This document shows, in pieces, positions 18,982 to 26,888 of a stretch of DNA of 30,442 bases (its first letter is position 1; the number at the start of each line of letters is the position of its first letter). Below the pieces are notes generated by a model. The model did not search any database. It was not told where the DNA came from and worked only from the letters and a program-made list of their open reading frames with translations. The stretch comes from a virus. Its lineage: Duplodnaviria; Caudoviricetes. The DNA lies in IMG/VR virus record IMGVR_UViG_3300043748_000017, positions 1 to 30,442 of that record; one strand, written 5' to 3'. A program made the translations under genes and the position numbers.

Positions 18982-19420
18982 CGACGACCTTCAGCACCCG
19001 GTCACGCCGTGACGCCGCCGCCCGTCGCTTCGCTGCGGGGCGCCGCCCGGCAGGGGCGTCCTCCGACTCGGCGACTACCCAGCGCAGACGGACCCGGTCG
19101 GCCGCCGTGCCGCCGAGCGCGGCCTCGTTCAGCCGGATCTCCGACAGCAGTTCCTTCTTCGGCTCCGCCCAGTACTGCTCCACCAGCTGAGCGAGCATGT
19201 GCAGGCGCTGCCAGTCCGTCGGCAGGAACGTCGCAGCCTGCGGGCTCGTCCGCCACGTCTCGTACCAGGCCAGCGTGCGAGTGTCGTAGTCGTGCCCTCC
19301 CGGGAGCTCCGGGGTATTGCCGGTGGGTCCTTCAGCAGGAAGAACGGTCATCGTCACTGCGTCGGCGTTGCGCCGACGACGCTGCGATGCGTCCTTCGGA
19401 AGCGGTCCCGTGCCAGCCAT
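18962..19420 (-). CDS. terS: Terminase small subunit
   Basis: 152 aa from ATG 19420 (SD AGGAG): MAGTGPLPK...RRRRN...WRTSPQA...SEIRLNEAALG; overlaps the terL start. Confidence 0.85.
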   Translation of the reverse strand: MAGTGPLPKDASQRRRRNADAVTMTVLPAEGPTGNTPELPGGHDYDTRTLAWYETWRTSPQAATFLPTDWQRLHMLAQLVEQYWAEPKKELLSEIRLNEAALGGTAADRVRLRWVVAESEDAPAGRRPAAKRRAAASRRDRVLKVVDGQAEG

Positions 19421-19436
19421 AGTGATCACTCTCCTA

Positions 19437-19478
19437 GTGCCCTTGCGGCACGTCGGCGGCCCGCCGTTGCGGCAGGCC
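19437..19478 (-). promoter_or_regulatory. Tandem RNA hairpins with GCAA(C/G) loops abutting the terS SD
   Basis: GGCCTGCC[GCAAC]GGCGGGCC then GTGCC[GCAAG]GGCAC-TAGGAG. Confidence 0.55.
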
Positions 19479-19639
19479 GATGTCACGGACAGTCACGTCA
19501 AAACGATCAGTGGAATTTCCCAGACCCGTACAGACAGCGATGTACCTCCCCGTAGGTCCGGATCGTGACCCCGGGGGGAGGGTCCAGCCCCTGGGGGTGG
19601 TCGCTGTGGTCACGTTGGGTCACGCCGCCATGGGGGCTG

Positions 19640-20032
19640 TCACTCGCGGCGATGCCAGCCGCCGGGGGTCTCGGCTGCCTTCTTCCGGTTGTGGCATGAG
19701 GCGCAGACACCACGTAGACGATGCGGTGCGTCCGGGTCTGGCACGCCGGCCGCCACGAGGTCACGGCGTTCGTCGGGGTGGTGGTCGGCAACCGTGGACG
19801 GCTGACCACACGGCGAGCCATGGTCGTGGCCCTCATCAGCGCACACGCACTGCGGGTCACGCTCGAGGACGACACCACGCACTGCCTGCCAGTCACGCCC
19901 ACCGTAGCCGCGCTGCGTGGCCGTGCCCCGCTTCCTCTCCGTGCTGCGCCTGCAGTCCTCGCACTTGCCACCACGCGTGTACTCAGGACAACCCGGAGTC
20001 GAGCAGACCCGGTATTCACCACGTCCAGGCAT
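19640..20032 (-). CDS. Terminase-associated HNH endonuclease
   Basis: 130 aa; CSTPGC..KCEDC, RGY..W, VADHH...CASCHNRK; immediately upstream of terS. Confidence 0.85.
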   Translation of the reverse strand: MPGRGEYRVCSTPGCPEYTRGGKCEDCRRSTERKRGTATQRGYGGRDWQAVRGVVLERDPQCVCADEGHDHGSPCGQPSTVADHHPDERRDLVAAGVPDPDAPHRLRGVCASCHNRKKAAETPGGWHRRE

Positions 20033-20107
20033 GCTCGCCTCCTGTCGTGGTCACGATTCCTGTCGTTCGCATGTACGCGCAGTTGTTGAACTGTCATCAT
20101 GCGGCGC

Positions 20108-20602
20108 ATGTCTGACGATGCGACTGTCGCGCCGCCCATGCCTGACGATCCGCCTGCCAAGCCAAGACGCTGGCCGCACCCGCTGGTGACCGGCATCGCC
20201 GGTCTGGTAGTCGGCGCTGGTGCGGTGGGTCTCGCGTGGGGCCTGTCGTCAGGGTCGGACGACGCAGGGTCGTTCACGCTGAAGGGCGCGCTGACGCTCA
20301 CGAGTCCGACGCCGTTGGACTACGACCACAACGCGTGCGCCGGGTCGGGCGGCTACAACGACATCGTCAAGGGCGCAGCGGTCACCGTGTACGACGCCAG
20401 TGGAAAGGTCGTCGCCACGGGCTCGCTGGGCGCTGGCCGATACGCCAGCCAGGACTCCACAGCCCCATGCGTGTTTCCCGTAGCCGTGCCGGGCGTCCCG
20501 GACGGATCGAAGTTCTACCGGGTCGAGGTCTCGCATCGAGGGCAGATCACCGTGTCGTCAGCGGAAGCGAAGGCCGGGAAGTTCGGCGCCTCGCTGGGCT
20601 AG
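20108..20602 (+). CDS. Single-TM membrane-anchored protein (moron)
   Basis: Pro-rich N-terminus, hydrophobic LVTGIAGLVVGAGAVGLAWGL, beta-rich outer domain with two Cys; opposite strand, convergent with GH16. Start could be 20099. Confidence 0.7.
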   Translation: MSDDATVAPPMPDDPPAKPRRWPHPLVTGIAGLVVGAGAVGLAWGLSSGSDDAGSFTLKGALTLTSPTPLDYDHNACAGSGGYNDIVKGAAVTVYDASGKVVATGSLGAGRYASQDSTAPCVFPVAVPGVPDGSKFYRVEVSHRGQITVSSAEAKAGKFGASLG

Positions 20603-21405
20603 CTCCAGGACCAGACCCGCACGTAGTCGATGTCCATCTGCGCCCACGAGTTCGGGGCCGCGGACTCGCCGTCCAGGCTTGATTCGTTCTGGACGTCCCA
20701 GTTCATCGAGTCGCGGGGGACGTCCCGAGTGGTCGAGTCCAGCAGTCGGCCGTCGAGGAAGTACCGGACGCTGCCGGGTCTCCACTCGATGCGCGTCGTG
20801 TGCCAGGAAGTCCATCGGGCACCTGCGTCGGCCGCGGTGAGGTTGTTGCCCGCAGGGTCGTGGTTATAGCCGCTGATGCTGCTGTCCCAATCGCCTTCGG
20901 GAAAGTCTTCCTCGCAGCACTGGCTGTTGTCGTTCGGCCACAGCAGGTGCGCCGACTTGTAGCCGCGGGCGACGCGCGAGACGCGCCACCGCTCCTCGTA
21001 AGCCCCGTACTTCAGGCCCATGGCCTGGCGGGGAACGACGGTCGCGGAGTGGACCGAGCCCGTCTTACCGCGCCACATACGAATGTGCAGCGCCCCGCCG
21101 GAGACGGACACTGTGGACGCCGGATCGTAGTAGCCGCCCATCGGATAGTGCCGCTGCGTGGCGGTGTCCGGCCAGCCTGCCGGGTACGCCCACCAGTGCG
21201 CTGATGCCCACGACGGCAGACCCTTGCAAGTCGCCTTGGGTGTGTCCGCGTTGTGGTTGCAGTCCGACCAGGCGCCCGTCGGGACGTTCCAGCTGAAGTT
21301 GTCGTTCAGTAGCCCGTGAAAGCCAGGCGTCGCCGCGTGGGCTGGGGTGGCAGTCCAACCGAGGAACGCGAGAGCCGCGGCCGTGACAGCGAGGAGGCGA
21401 CGCAT
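20599..21405 (-). CDS. Secreted glycoside hydrolase family 16 protein
   Basis: Sec signal ending AHA; catalytic ExDxxE (EEDFPE); YGAYEERWR, WHTTRIEW.PGSVRYFLDG, MDIDYVRVW. Confidence 0.85.
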   Translation of the reverse strand: MRRLLAVTAAALAFLGWTATPAHAATPGFHGLLNDNFSWNVPTGAWSDCNHNADTPKATCKGLPSWASAHWWAYPAGWPDTATQRHYPMGGYYDPASTVSVSGGALHIRMWRGKTGSVHSATVVPRQAMGLKYGAYEERWRVSRVARGYKSAHLLWPNDNSQCCEEDFPEGDWDSSISGYNHDPAGNNLTAADAGARWTSWHTTRIEWRPGSVRYFLDGRLLDSTTRDVPRDSMNWDVQNESSLDGESAAPNSWAQMDIDYVRVWSWS

Positions 21406-21422
21406 CCGGCACCTCCCCAGTG

Positions 21423-21662
21423 TTACGGGCCGCTGGGCGCGGGAGCGGTCGGCGGGACGTTGCTCGGTGACGGACTCACCGGAACCGAGCTTCCTGATGG
21501 TGAAGCAGGAGCCGACGGACTCGTCGGCGGGTTGCTCGTCGCAGACTTGCTGGGCGACGCCGTGCTGCTCGAAGGCGCGGGCCCGGGACAGTTGTGGCTG
21601 CTGCAGGCGACAAGGCCCGCGGCCAAGAGAGCGGTGCCGATGGCAGCGCGAAGGCGCGGCAT
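21423..21662 (-). CDS. Small Ser/Pro-rich lipoprotein
   Basis: 79 aa from ATG 21662 (SD GAGGAG); lipobox LVAC followed by a disordered S/P tail. Confidence 0.65.
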   Translation of the reverse strand: MPRLRAAIGTALLAAGLVACSSHNCPGPAPSSSTASPSKSATSNPPTSPSAPASPSGSSVPVSPSPSNVPPTAPAPSGP

Positions 21663-21681
21663 GAATGACTCCTCGCGAGGA

Positions 21682-21906
21682 TCAGGCGGCCTTAGGACGA
21701 CCGGGCTTGACCTGCGCCGCAGCCTCGACGGTGGGCAGGTGGTAGAGCGGCTGTTCGCCAGGAAGGTCAACCCGCTCTATCTTTCCTCTGCTTTCCCAGA
21801 CGCGGATCGTGCCGGGCTTGACGCCGGCCACGCGGGCGGCTTCCCAGATGTCGCCGAGGTCGCGCTGGTACAGGTCGTACAGCTCGGGGTTGGGGAAGGT
21901 CGGCAT
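21682..21906 (-). CDS. MerR/Xis-like helix-turn-helix DNA-binding protein
   Basis: 74 aa from ATG 21906 (SD GGAGG): WEAARVAGVKPGTIRVWESRGKI...PLY. Confidence 0.75.
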   Translation of the reverse strand: MPTFPNPELYDLYQRDLGDIWEAARVAGVKPGTIRVWESRGKIERVDLPGEQPLYHLPTVEAAAQVKPGRPKAA

Positions 21907-21926
21907 GCCACCTCCCGGATACGCAG

Positions 21927-21959
21927 GAACCCCCACCGGTCTTGTCACGGTGGGGGTTC
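21927..21959 (-). promoter_or_regulatory. 12-bp stem-loop in the leader of the HTH gene
   Basis: GAACCCCCACCG-N9-CGGTGGGGGTTC. Confidence 0.6.
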
Positions 21960-21998
21960 TGGGTGCTCTTGTGATGGGTGTTCCACCATCAATTCCGC

Positions 21999-22027
21999 AG
22001 GTTACATTTTTAACGACGAGCTAGCAA
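21999..22027 (-). promoter_or_regulatory. Housekeeping-sigma-type promoter driving HTH/lipoprotein/GH16
   Basis: TTGCTA-N17-TAACCT on the minus strand, in a locally AT-rich intergenic stretch. Confidence 0.6.
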
Positions 22028-22034
22028 GCGGCTG

Positions 22035-22190
22035 CTAGTACTCGTCCTCGCACTCGCAGTTCTCTTCGGTGTATCGGCAGTCGGGGCATCGCGGGCAGTA
22101 GCAGCCGCAGGGATGCAGAAGGTTGCCGCACGAGCATTGGCACATGCCCTCGTCGCACGGTTCGGCGTCGTACTCGTAGTCGACGGTCAT
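22035..22190 (-). CDS. Small Cys-rich protein (51 aa, 11 Cys)
   Basis: ATG 22190 overlaps the upstream stop (ATGA), SD GGAGG; MTVDYEYDAEPCDEGMCQCSCGNLLHPCGCYCPRCPDC...CECEDEY. Confidence 0.6.
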   Translation of the reverse strand: MTVDYEYDAEPCDEGMCQCSCGNLLHPCGCYCPRCPDCRYTEENCECEDEY

Positions 22191-22462
22191 GCGTTGACCT
22201 CCTCCGCCTGCTCGCGCTCCGCCGTGGCGCGGCACCTGCTGCACAGGTCTCCCATGCCGGGTCCGGGGGCCATGTACAGGTGCCGACCGCAGTAGTAGCC
22301 GCCGCAGCCGTGCTCGTCTCCGCCGGGCGTCGCACCGCAGAGACAGCCGAGTCCGCGGTCGATCTGCTCGTCGCAACCGTCCTCCTCGCACACGGTCTCG
22401 ACGTCGTAACCGGCTTCGATCTTCTCTCCGTTGCGGTAGATCTCGTAGCGCGCGTATCCCAT
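22187..22462 (-). CDS. Cys-rich zinc-finger-like protein (91 aa)
   Basis: ATG 22462, SD GAGG; CxxxxC...CxC...CxxxxCxxH...CxxC. Confidence 0.7.
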   Translation of the reverse strand: MGYARYEIYRNGEKIEAGYDVETVCEEDGCDEQIDRGLGCLCGATPGGDEHGCGGYYCGRHLYMAPGPGMGDLCSRCRATAEREQAEEVNA

Positions 22463-22478
22463 GGTTCGAGTGTCCTCT

Positions 22479-22925
22479 CTACTGCTGGTTGGTGGTCTTG
22501 GCCCACACGCCGCGGGTGCTGCTGTGGACGTTGCGCTGGTCCTGGTAGACGGGGCCGGTGTAGTTGTTGTTGGTGACGGGCGGTGCAGCTTCACCTGCCC
22601 GGCGGACGAGTCGGGCGATGGCAAGGATGGGCACGGCGATCGCGGCCGGGGCTGCGCAGATCATGCCGATGATGGTGGGGTCGGCGTGCTGCGAGGCGAC
22701 GAGAACGCCGATGGTGATGAGGCCGGGCGGCACGGTGGCCACTCCCCCGTAGAGCATCACGCGGCTGATGTCGGTGGCGCGCTGCGACATGGGCGGCGTG
22801 CCAGGCTGCGGCACGGGCGGGGTGGGCCCGAACTGCGGAAGGGGCGTGGGGTCGCGGTAGGCGGTGAGGCGGTCAGTGTGTTCCTTGATGACCTCCTCGC
22901 TCATCGGGATGACGGACTCGTTCAC
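22479..22925 (-). CDS. SpdD-like small membrane spread protein
   Basis: 148 aa, Pro-rich N-terminus, two hydrophobic segments, C-terminal YTGPVYQDQRNVHSSTRGVWAKT; directly after traB. Confidence 0.55.
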   Translation of the reverse strand: MNESVIPMSEEVIKEHTDRLTAYRDPTPLPQFGPTPPVPQPGTPPMSQRATDISRVMLYGGVATVPPGLITIGVLVASQHADPTIIGMICAAPAAIAVPILAIARLVRRAGEAAPPVTNNNYTGPVYQDQRNVHSSTRGVWAKTTNQQ

Positions 22926-22934
22926 GTGGGTCTC

Positions 22935-24962
22935 CTATGCGGCTTCGGCGTATTCGGTGGTGTCGATGGGGTTGTCGGCGTGGTCGGGGTGCGCCCAGAT
23001 GCCACGGTCGACATCGACAGCGAGCTTCTTGGTCTTGAGGCGGCTGAGGGCGTTCTTCACGGCGCTGATCGTGAGGCCCGTTTCCTGGGCGATCGTGATG
23101 CGGCCGACGGGCCGCCCGCGCTCGGCGAGGAACGCGGAGACCTTCTCGTCGGTGCCTGCCGGCGCTTCGGCTGCGATGGCCGCCGCAGCTTGGGCGATGG
23201 GGTCGCTTGAAGGGGCCAGGCGCGCCGTCTCGGTGGGACCGTCGCTGAAGGCGTCGTCGGGCAGGACAGGCGTCTCGCCGCGCAGCCGGGCGGCGAGCCG
23301 GTCCAAGCGCTCGCTGTAGGCCTTGCCGGTCACGGCAGCCGCCGAGGCTTCGACGGTGGGCGTGGTACCAGACAGGGCCCAGTGGGCGGGGTCACGGTCG
23401 AAGTAGGCGCGGAACTGGGCTTGCCGGTTGTCGGGGCCCTTGAGGTAGCCGAGGCCGGCCGTGGACGTCTTGTCGGGCCAGTACATGGGCAGCTGGCTGG
23501 GGTTGACGTCCCAGCCGGGCAGGCCGATGGAGTCGGTGAGTGCGGAGGCGGTGCGGAACATGACGGTGTTGCCGGACTGGGCCTGCTCGCGGATGTCGGT
23601 GGACTCGGGTTCGCTGCCGAACATGTTGGCCTTGGGGCCCTGGAAGACGAGCCGGATTTTGATGCCGCACTTGCGGGCCATCTGAATGATCTCCAGGACG
23701 AGCTTGGGGGCGCCTTGGAGGTTGAGGACGCGGTGGGCTTCGTCGATGGTGACGGAGATCAGCGGGTCGGGGTCGTTCACGACGAAGTGGTCCCGGCCGC
23801 GCAGGCGGCGGCCCTTGGCGTCGATGAACTCCATCATCGAGTAGCGGGCGGACCGCTCGTACATGACGTTGCGGACGGCGTGCAGCATCGCGAGGCCGCC
23901 CTGGGCGGTGTCCTCGTACCAGTCGACAGCCTCTCGCCAGCGCGGCAGGGATTGCCCGCCTTGCGGGTCGCACACCCAGGACACGATGCCGTTGTGGCGT
24001 TCGGTGCCGAGCAGCATGTCGAGGAACCTGCTCTTGCCGCCGTCGGTGGCACCGTAGACGACGGTGTGGACCGGCCCGGACGGCTTCCAGAACGCGTAGT
24101 GGGCGGGTGCGCCGTCGTAGAAGAGTCCGACCGCAGCCTGCCCGGTCTCGGTGTTGAGGATCTGGGGGCCGGGGTGGTCGGTGGGCCTTTGCAGGGGGTT
24201 GCGGTCGAAGACGGCGATGATGGCCCGCTTGGCGGACTGGCCCATCGCCTTCTCGATCTGCAGCATCTCCTCGGGCAGGTCGAGGGCGCCGGCGATGTCG
24301 GCGGAAGCGGAGTAGGCCTTCCGCCAGTTGCCCTTGCGGACGACGATGACGGCGTTCCAGCCGTAGTCAGTGGTGACGACGTCGACGAGTTTTGAGCCGG
24401 GCAGTGGCCCGTCCGCACTGGCGACCTCGTCCTGCCACAGCTGCATCTGCTCGCTGAGCGTGGGTGCAGGTGCGGCGGTGTTCTTGCCTCGGCGCCACCA
24501 GTAGATGCCGTGGCCGACGCCCCAGGCGACGAGCAAGCCGGGGTAGGGGCTGTGGCCGGCCTGGATACCGCCGGTGGCAGCCATCGCGGTGACGAGCCCG
24601 CCTGACGTGGCCACAGCGGACGCGGCAGCGATGAGGTCCGATCGCTTGGGGAGGCGCCGCTTCAGGATCTGCCGCTTGCCGACGCGGCCTTCCCAGCGGC
24701 CCCATGCGGCGGTCGTGACGGCACCGGCCGCGGTGACGGCGATCGCGGTCTTCCACCCGTCGGGGGCGGCGGACAGGGTGCTGCCTGCTACGGCGTTGGC
24801 GACAGTGGCGTACACGGGGGCCATACCGCGGCGGGTGCGGTACGCCGCGCGCAGTGCGCGCCGGGCTGCCTTGTTCTTGGGGTTGCGGGAGGAGCCGCGC
24901 TTGCCCGTCGTGCGGGGCGTGTCCTCCGCAGCGGTCTTCTCGACGGTGATCGTGTTCGGCAT
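22935..24962 (-). CDS. traB: TraB-like FtsK/SpoIIIE conjugative DNA translocase
   Basis: 675 aa: N-terminal TM segments, Walker A GATDGGKS, Walker B VTIDEAH, MARKCGI, C-terminal winged helix (IAQETGLTISAVKNALSRL). Confidence 0.85.
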   Translation of the reverse strand: MPNTITVEKTAAEDTPRTTGKRGSSRNPKNKAARRALRAAYRTRRGMAPVYATVANAVAGSTLSAAPDGWKTAIAVTAAGAVTTAAWGRWEGRVGKRQILKRRLPKRSDLIAAASAVATSGGLVTAMAATGGIQAGHSPYPGLLVAWGVGHGIYWWRRGKNTAAPAPTLSEQMQLWQDEVASADGPLPGSKLVDVVTTDYGWNAVIVVRKGNWRKAYSASADIAGALDLPEEMLQIEKAMGQSAKRAIIAVFDRNPLQRPTDHPGPQILNTETGQAAVGLFYDGAPAHYAFWKPSGPVHTVVYGATDGGKSRFLDMLLGTERHNGIVSWVCDPQGGQSLPRWREAVDWYEDTAQGGLAMLHAVRNVMYERSARYSMMEFIDAKGRRLRGRDHFVVNDPDPLISVTIDEAHRVLNLQGAPKLVLEIIQMARKCGIKIRLVFQGPKANMFGSEPESTDIREQAQSGNTVMFRTASALTDSIGLPGWDVNPSQLPMYWPDKTSTAGLGYLKGPDNRQAQFRAYFDRDPAHWALSGTTPTVEASAAAVTGKAYSERLDRLAARLRGETPVLPDDAFSDGPTETARLAPSSDPIAQAAAAIAAEAPAGTDEKVSAFLAERGRPVGRITIAQETGLTISAVKNALSRLKTKKLAVDVDRGIWAHPDHADNPIDTTEYAEAA

Positions 24963-25001
24963 GGCGGCTGCTACTCCTGCGGGTTCGTGGTCTGGTGGGG
25001 T

Positions 25002-25028
25002 GCGGCCCCGGCGTGACGCCGGGGCCGC
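25002..25028 (-). terminator. Perfect GC-rich hairpin upstream of traB
   Basis: GCGGCCCCGGCG-TGA-CGCCGGGGCCGC. Confidence 0.6.
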
Positions 25029-25036
25029 GGGGCGTG

Positions 25037-25873
25037 TCAGACGTCGGCGGTGTATGCCTGCTTGGAGGCCATGCGCCCGCCGGTCGCGGCGACGGCTTCC
25101 TGAATGCCGCCGTGCCGGGTGTGGATGTTGCGGGAGGACTGGGCGGCGATGGCCGCGTTGTCGACGGCCGCCTTCTGCATGGCCTGGGCGGCGGACAGGG
25201 CTGCGGCGTACTGGTCACGCAGGGCGGCGAGCTCCTCGAGGGTCCCGCCGTCGTCACCGAACTCCAGGGCGCTGGCCTGCTCGATGGCGGCTTCGATCGC
25301 GGCGAGCTGCTCCTGGGCGCGCTGGGCGATGGCGCCTGCCTCTTCGGCTGTGACGCCTGCCTCGGAGGCGAAGCGGGCGACGGCTTGCTTCAGGGTGTTG
25401 ACGCCGGTGATCTCGGGGATGTTGGCGAGTGCCATGGGTGCTCCTGTGGTGTCGGGTGTGGTGTCGTTCTTGATCAGGACGAGCTTTCGGTCCGCAGTCG
25501 CGGGCGCCGGGATGATCGGCTCCGCGGCGGGCGTGGCCGGCTTGATGGGCGTTACGGGGGCGCCATCGGCGCCGATGTCGTCGGCGATCGCCTTCTCCGG
25601 CTCGGGCTCGTAGCGGCCGAACTTGACGGCGGCCCGCTTCTTTGCCTTCGGCCATTCGCGGCGCCAGCCCCGCTTGAAGCCCCGCCAGAACGTGGCCGCA
25701 GCGGTCGCGCCGGTCGCGGTCCAGGCGGCGAACTTGGCCCCGGTGCGGCGGCCGTTCTTCTTCGCCGCCTTCCGGACGCGCTGCTTGTGCTCCTTGGAGA
25801 CCTCGCCGAAGGCGCTCTCCAGGCCCTTTGCGCAGGACCAGGCGATCGCGACGAGCAGGATGAGACCGAGCAC
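25037..25873 (-). CDS. Transfer-associated protein (TM anchor, basic region, helical C-domain)
   Basis: 278 aa; C-terminal RHGGIQEAV...MASKQAY resembles, from recollection, proteins preceding traB on Streptomyces elements. Confidence 0.6.
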   Translation of the reverse strand: MLGLILLVAIAWSCAKGLESAFGEVSKEHKQRVRKAAKKNGRRTGAKFAAWTATGATAAATFWRGFKRGWRREWPKAKKRAAVKFGRYEPEPEKAIADDIGADGAPVTPIKPATPAAEPIIPAPATADRKLVLIKNDTTPDTTGAPMALANIPEITGVNTLKQAVARFASEAGVTAEEAGAIAQRAQEQLAAIEAAIEQASALEFGDDGGTLEELAALRDQYAAALSAAQAMQKAAVDNAAIAAQSSRNIHTRHGGIQEAVAATGGRMASKQAYTADV

Positions 25874-25874
25874 G

Positions 25875-26342
25875 TCAGCCTCCCATCAGCCACATGACGA
25901 GGGATCCGACCTGGGTGGCGATGAAGCCGAGCGCGGCGGCTGCGCCGTTGCCGAGCGATCCGGGGATCATCACGGCCAGCGGCGGGGCGAACGCGGCGAG
26001 GATCAGAGTGCGGGTCTTCACGCCGTTCATGAAGTCGCTGACCAGCCACAGCAGCGCGGCCAGCGCCAGGGCGAACATGATTCCGAAGCCGGTCCAGTGG
26101 CCGACCAGGTTCTGCGCGAACCCGTCGACGGCGGTGGTCGCCCGGTTGATGAGCCGGCCGATCGGCGTGGAGACGAGGCCGATGGATGCGGTGAGGACGA
26201 GCAGGACTTGAATCTGCGGGCTCTTGACCTTGGCGGCGAGCCGGTTGATCCAGGGGAGGCGGTCGGCGACGTACAGGACGCCGGCCGCTCCCAGGCAGGT
26301 TCCGCCGGTTGCGGCGGAGATCCCTGCGTCGATGACAGCCAT
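25875..26342 (-). CDS. Multi-pass membrane protein (Spd/Tra accessory)
   Basis: 155 aa from ATG 26342, several hydrophobic segments. Confidence 0.7.
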   Translation of the reverse strand: MAVIDAGISAATGGTCLGAAGVLYVADRLPWINRLAAKVKSPQIQVLLVLTASIGLVSTPIGRLINRATTAVDGFAQNLVGHWTGFGIMFALALAALLWLVSDFMNGVKTRTLILAAFAPPLAVMIPGSLGNGAAAALGFIATQVGSLVMWLMGG

Positions 26343-26472
26343 ATCGGGGTTCCCCTTGCGGTAACGGTGAGTTAGTGGTTTCCTCGCGCGCGCGTGCACG
26401 CGAGCGGGCGCGTTGGGGTCCGTCGGCTTGGCCCGGGACGGCTTGAGCCATCCGTTGAGCCATTACGGACCG

Positions 26473-26715
26473 TCAGGATTCGGTGATGGACTGGCGGAGC
26501 TGGTCGAGCATCTGGGTGGCCTGCTCGAGTGCGAGAGGCTGCCGAGAGTCGGGCAGTTGGGAGATCGCCGACCGGAGCTGATCCATGGCGACCGCCAGGA
26601 CCGCGGCCGGTCCGTTCGTCTCGGCCTCCTTGCGCCGGTGTCCCAGGAACTGGGCTGACCGTGCTTGTCGCAGGGCCTTACGGGACGGGCGGCTGGCGGT
26701 CGCCATGGCATTCAC
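26473..26715 (-). CDS. Hypothetical helical protein
   Basis: 80 aa or slightly shorter; strong SD AAGGAGG suggests a start at ATG 26706. Confidence 0.6.
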   Translation of the reverse strand: MNAMATASRPSRKALRQARSAQFLGHRRKEAETNGPAAVLAVAMDQLRSAISQLPDSRQPLALEQATQMLDQLRQSITES

Positions 26716-26888
26716 CTCCTTGTCGGTGGTCTTGTCGGGTGGGTTCCGGGTCTGCTTGCCGGGTCTGCGAGCGTTCCGCTCACCGGTTCACTCACCGGGT
26801 TGAGCTGGGGTTTTGCTGGTGTCGGCCGCTTCCGGCAGCCTCGGCGAGGACCAGGGCGGGTTGCTCTGGGCCTCACCGGGGAGGTCGG

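Larger units (their letters stand above)
1..20032 (-). mobile_element. Siphovirus (pro)phage packaging, head and tail module, running off the left edge
   Basis: Contiguous, translationally coupled minus-strand genes in near-canonical order HNH-terS-terL-portal-MuF-scaffold-capsid-neck-tail-TMP-Dit. Confidence 0.95.

Noticed and set aside
20599-21405. GH16 as the phage endolysin
   Set aside because: Not a recognised peptidoglycan hydrolase family and no holin nearby; lysis genes probably lie beyond the left edge
21406-21425. Read-through fusion of the lipoprotein anchor to GH16
   Set aside because: The 17-nt gap puts them out of frame, and GH16 has its own SD and signal peptide
21682-21906. 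Calling the HTH gene an AICE excisionase marking an element end
   Set aside because: No integrase, rep gene or att repeat nearby; kept as an unspecified HTH
22935-24962. Chromosomal FtsK or type VII secretion EccC
   Set aside because: Single ATPase domain with N-terminal TM and C-terminal wHTH among spd-like genes fits TraB
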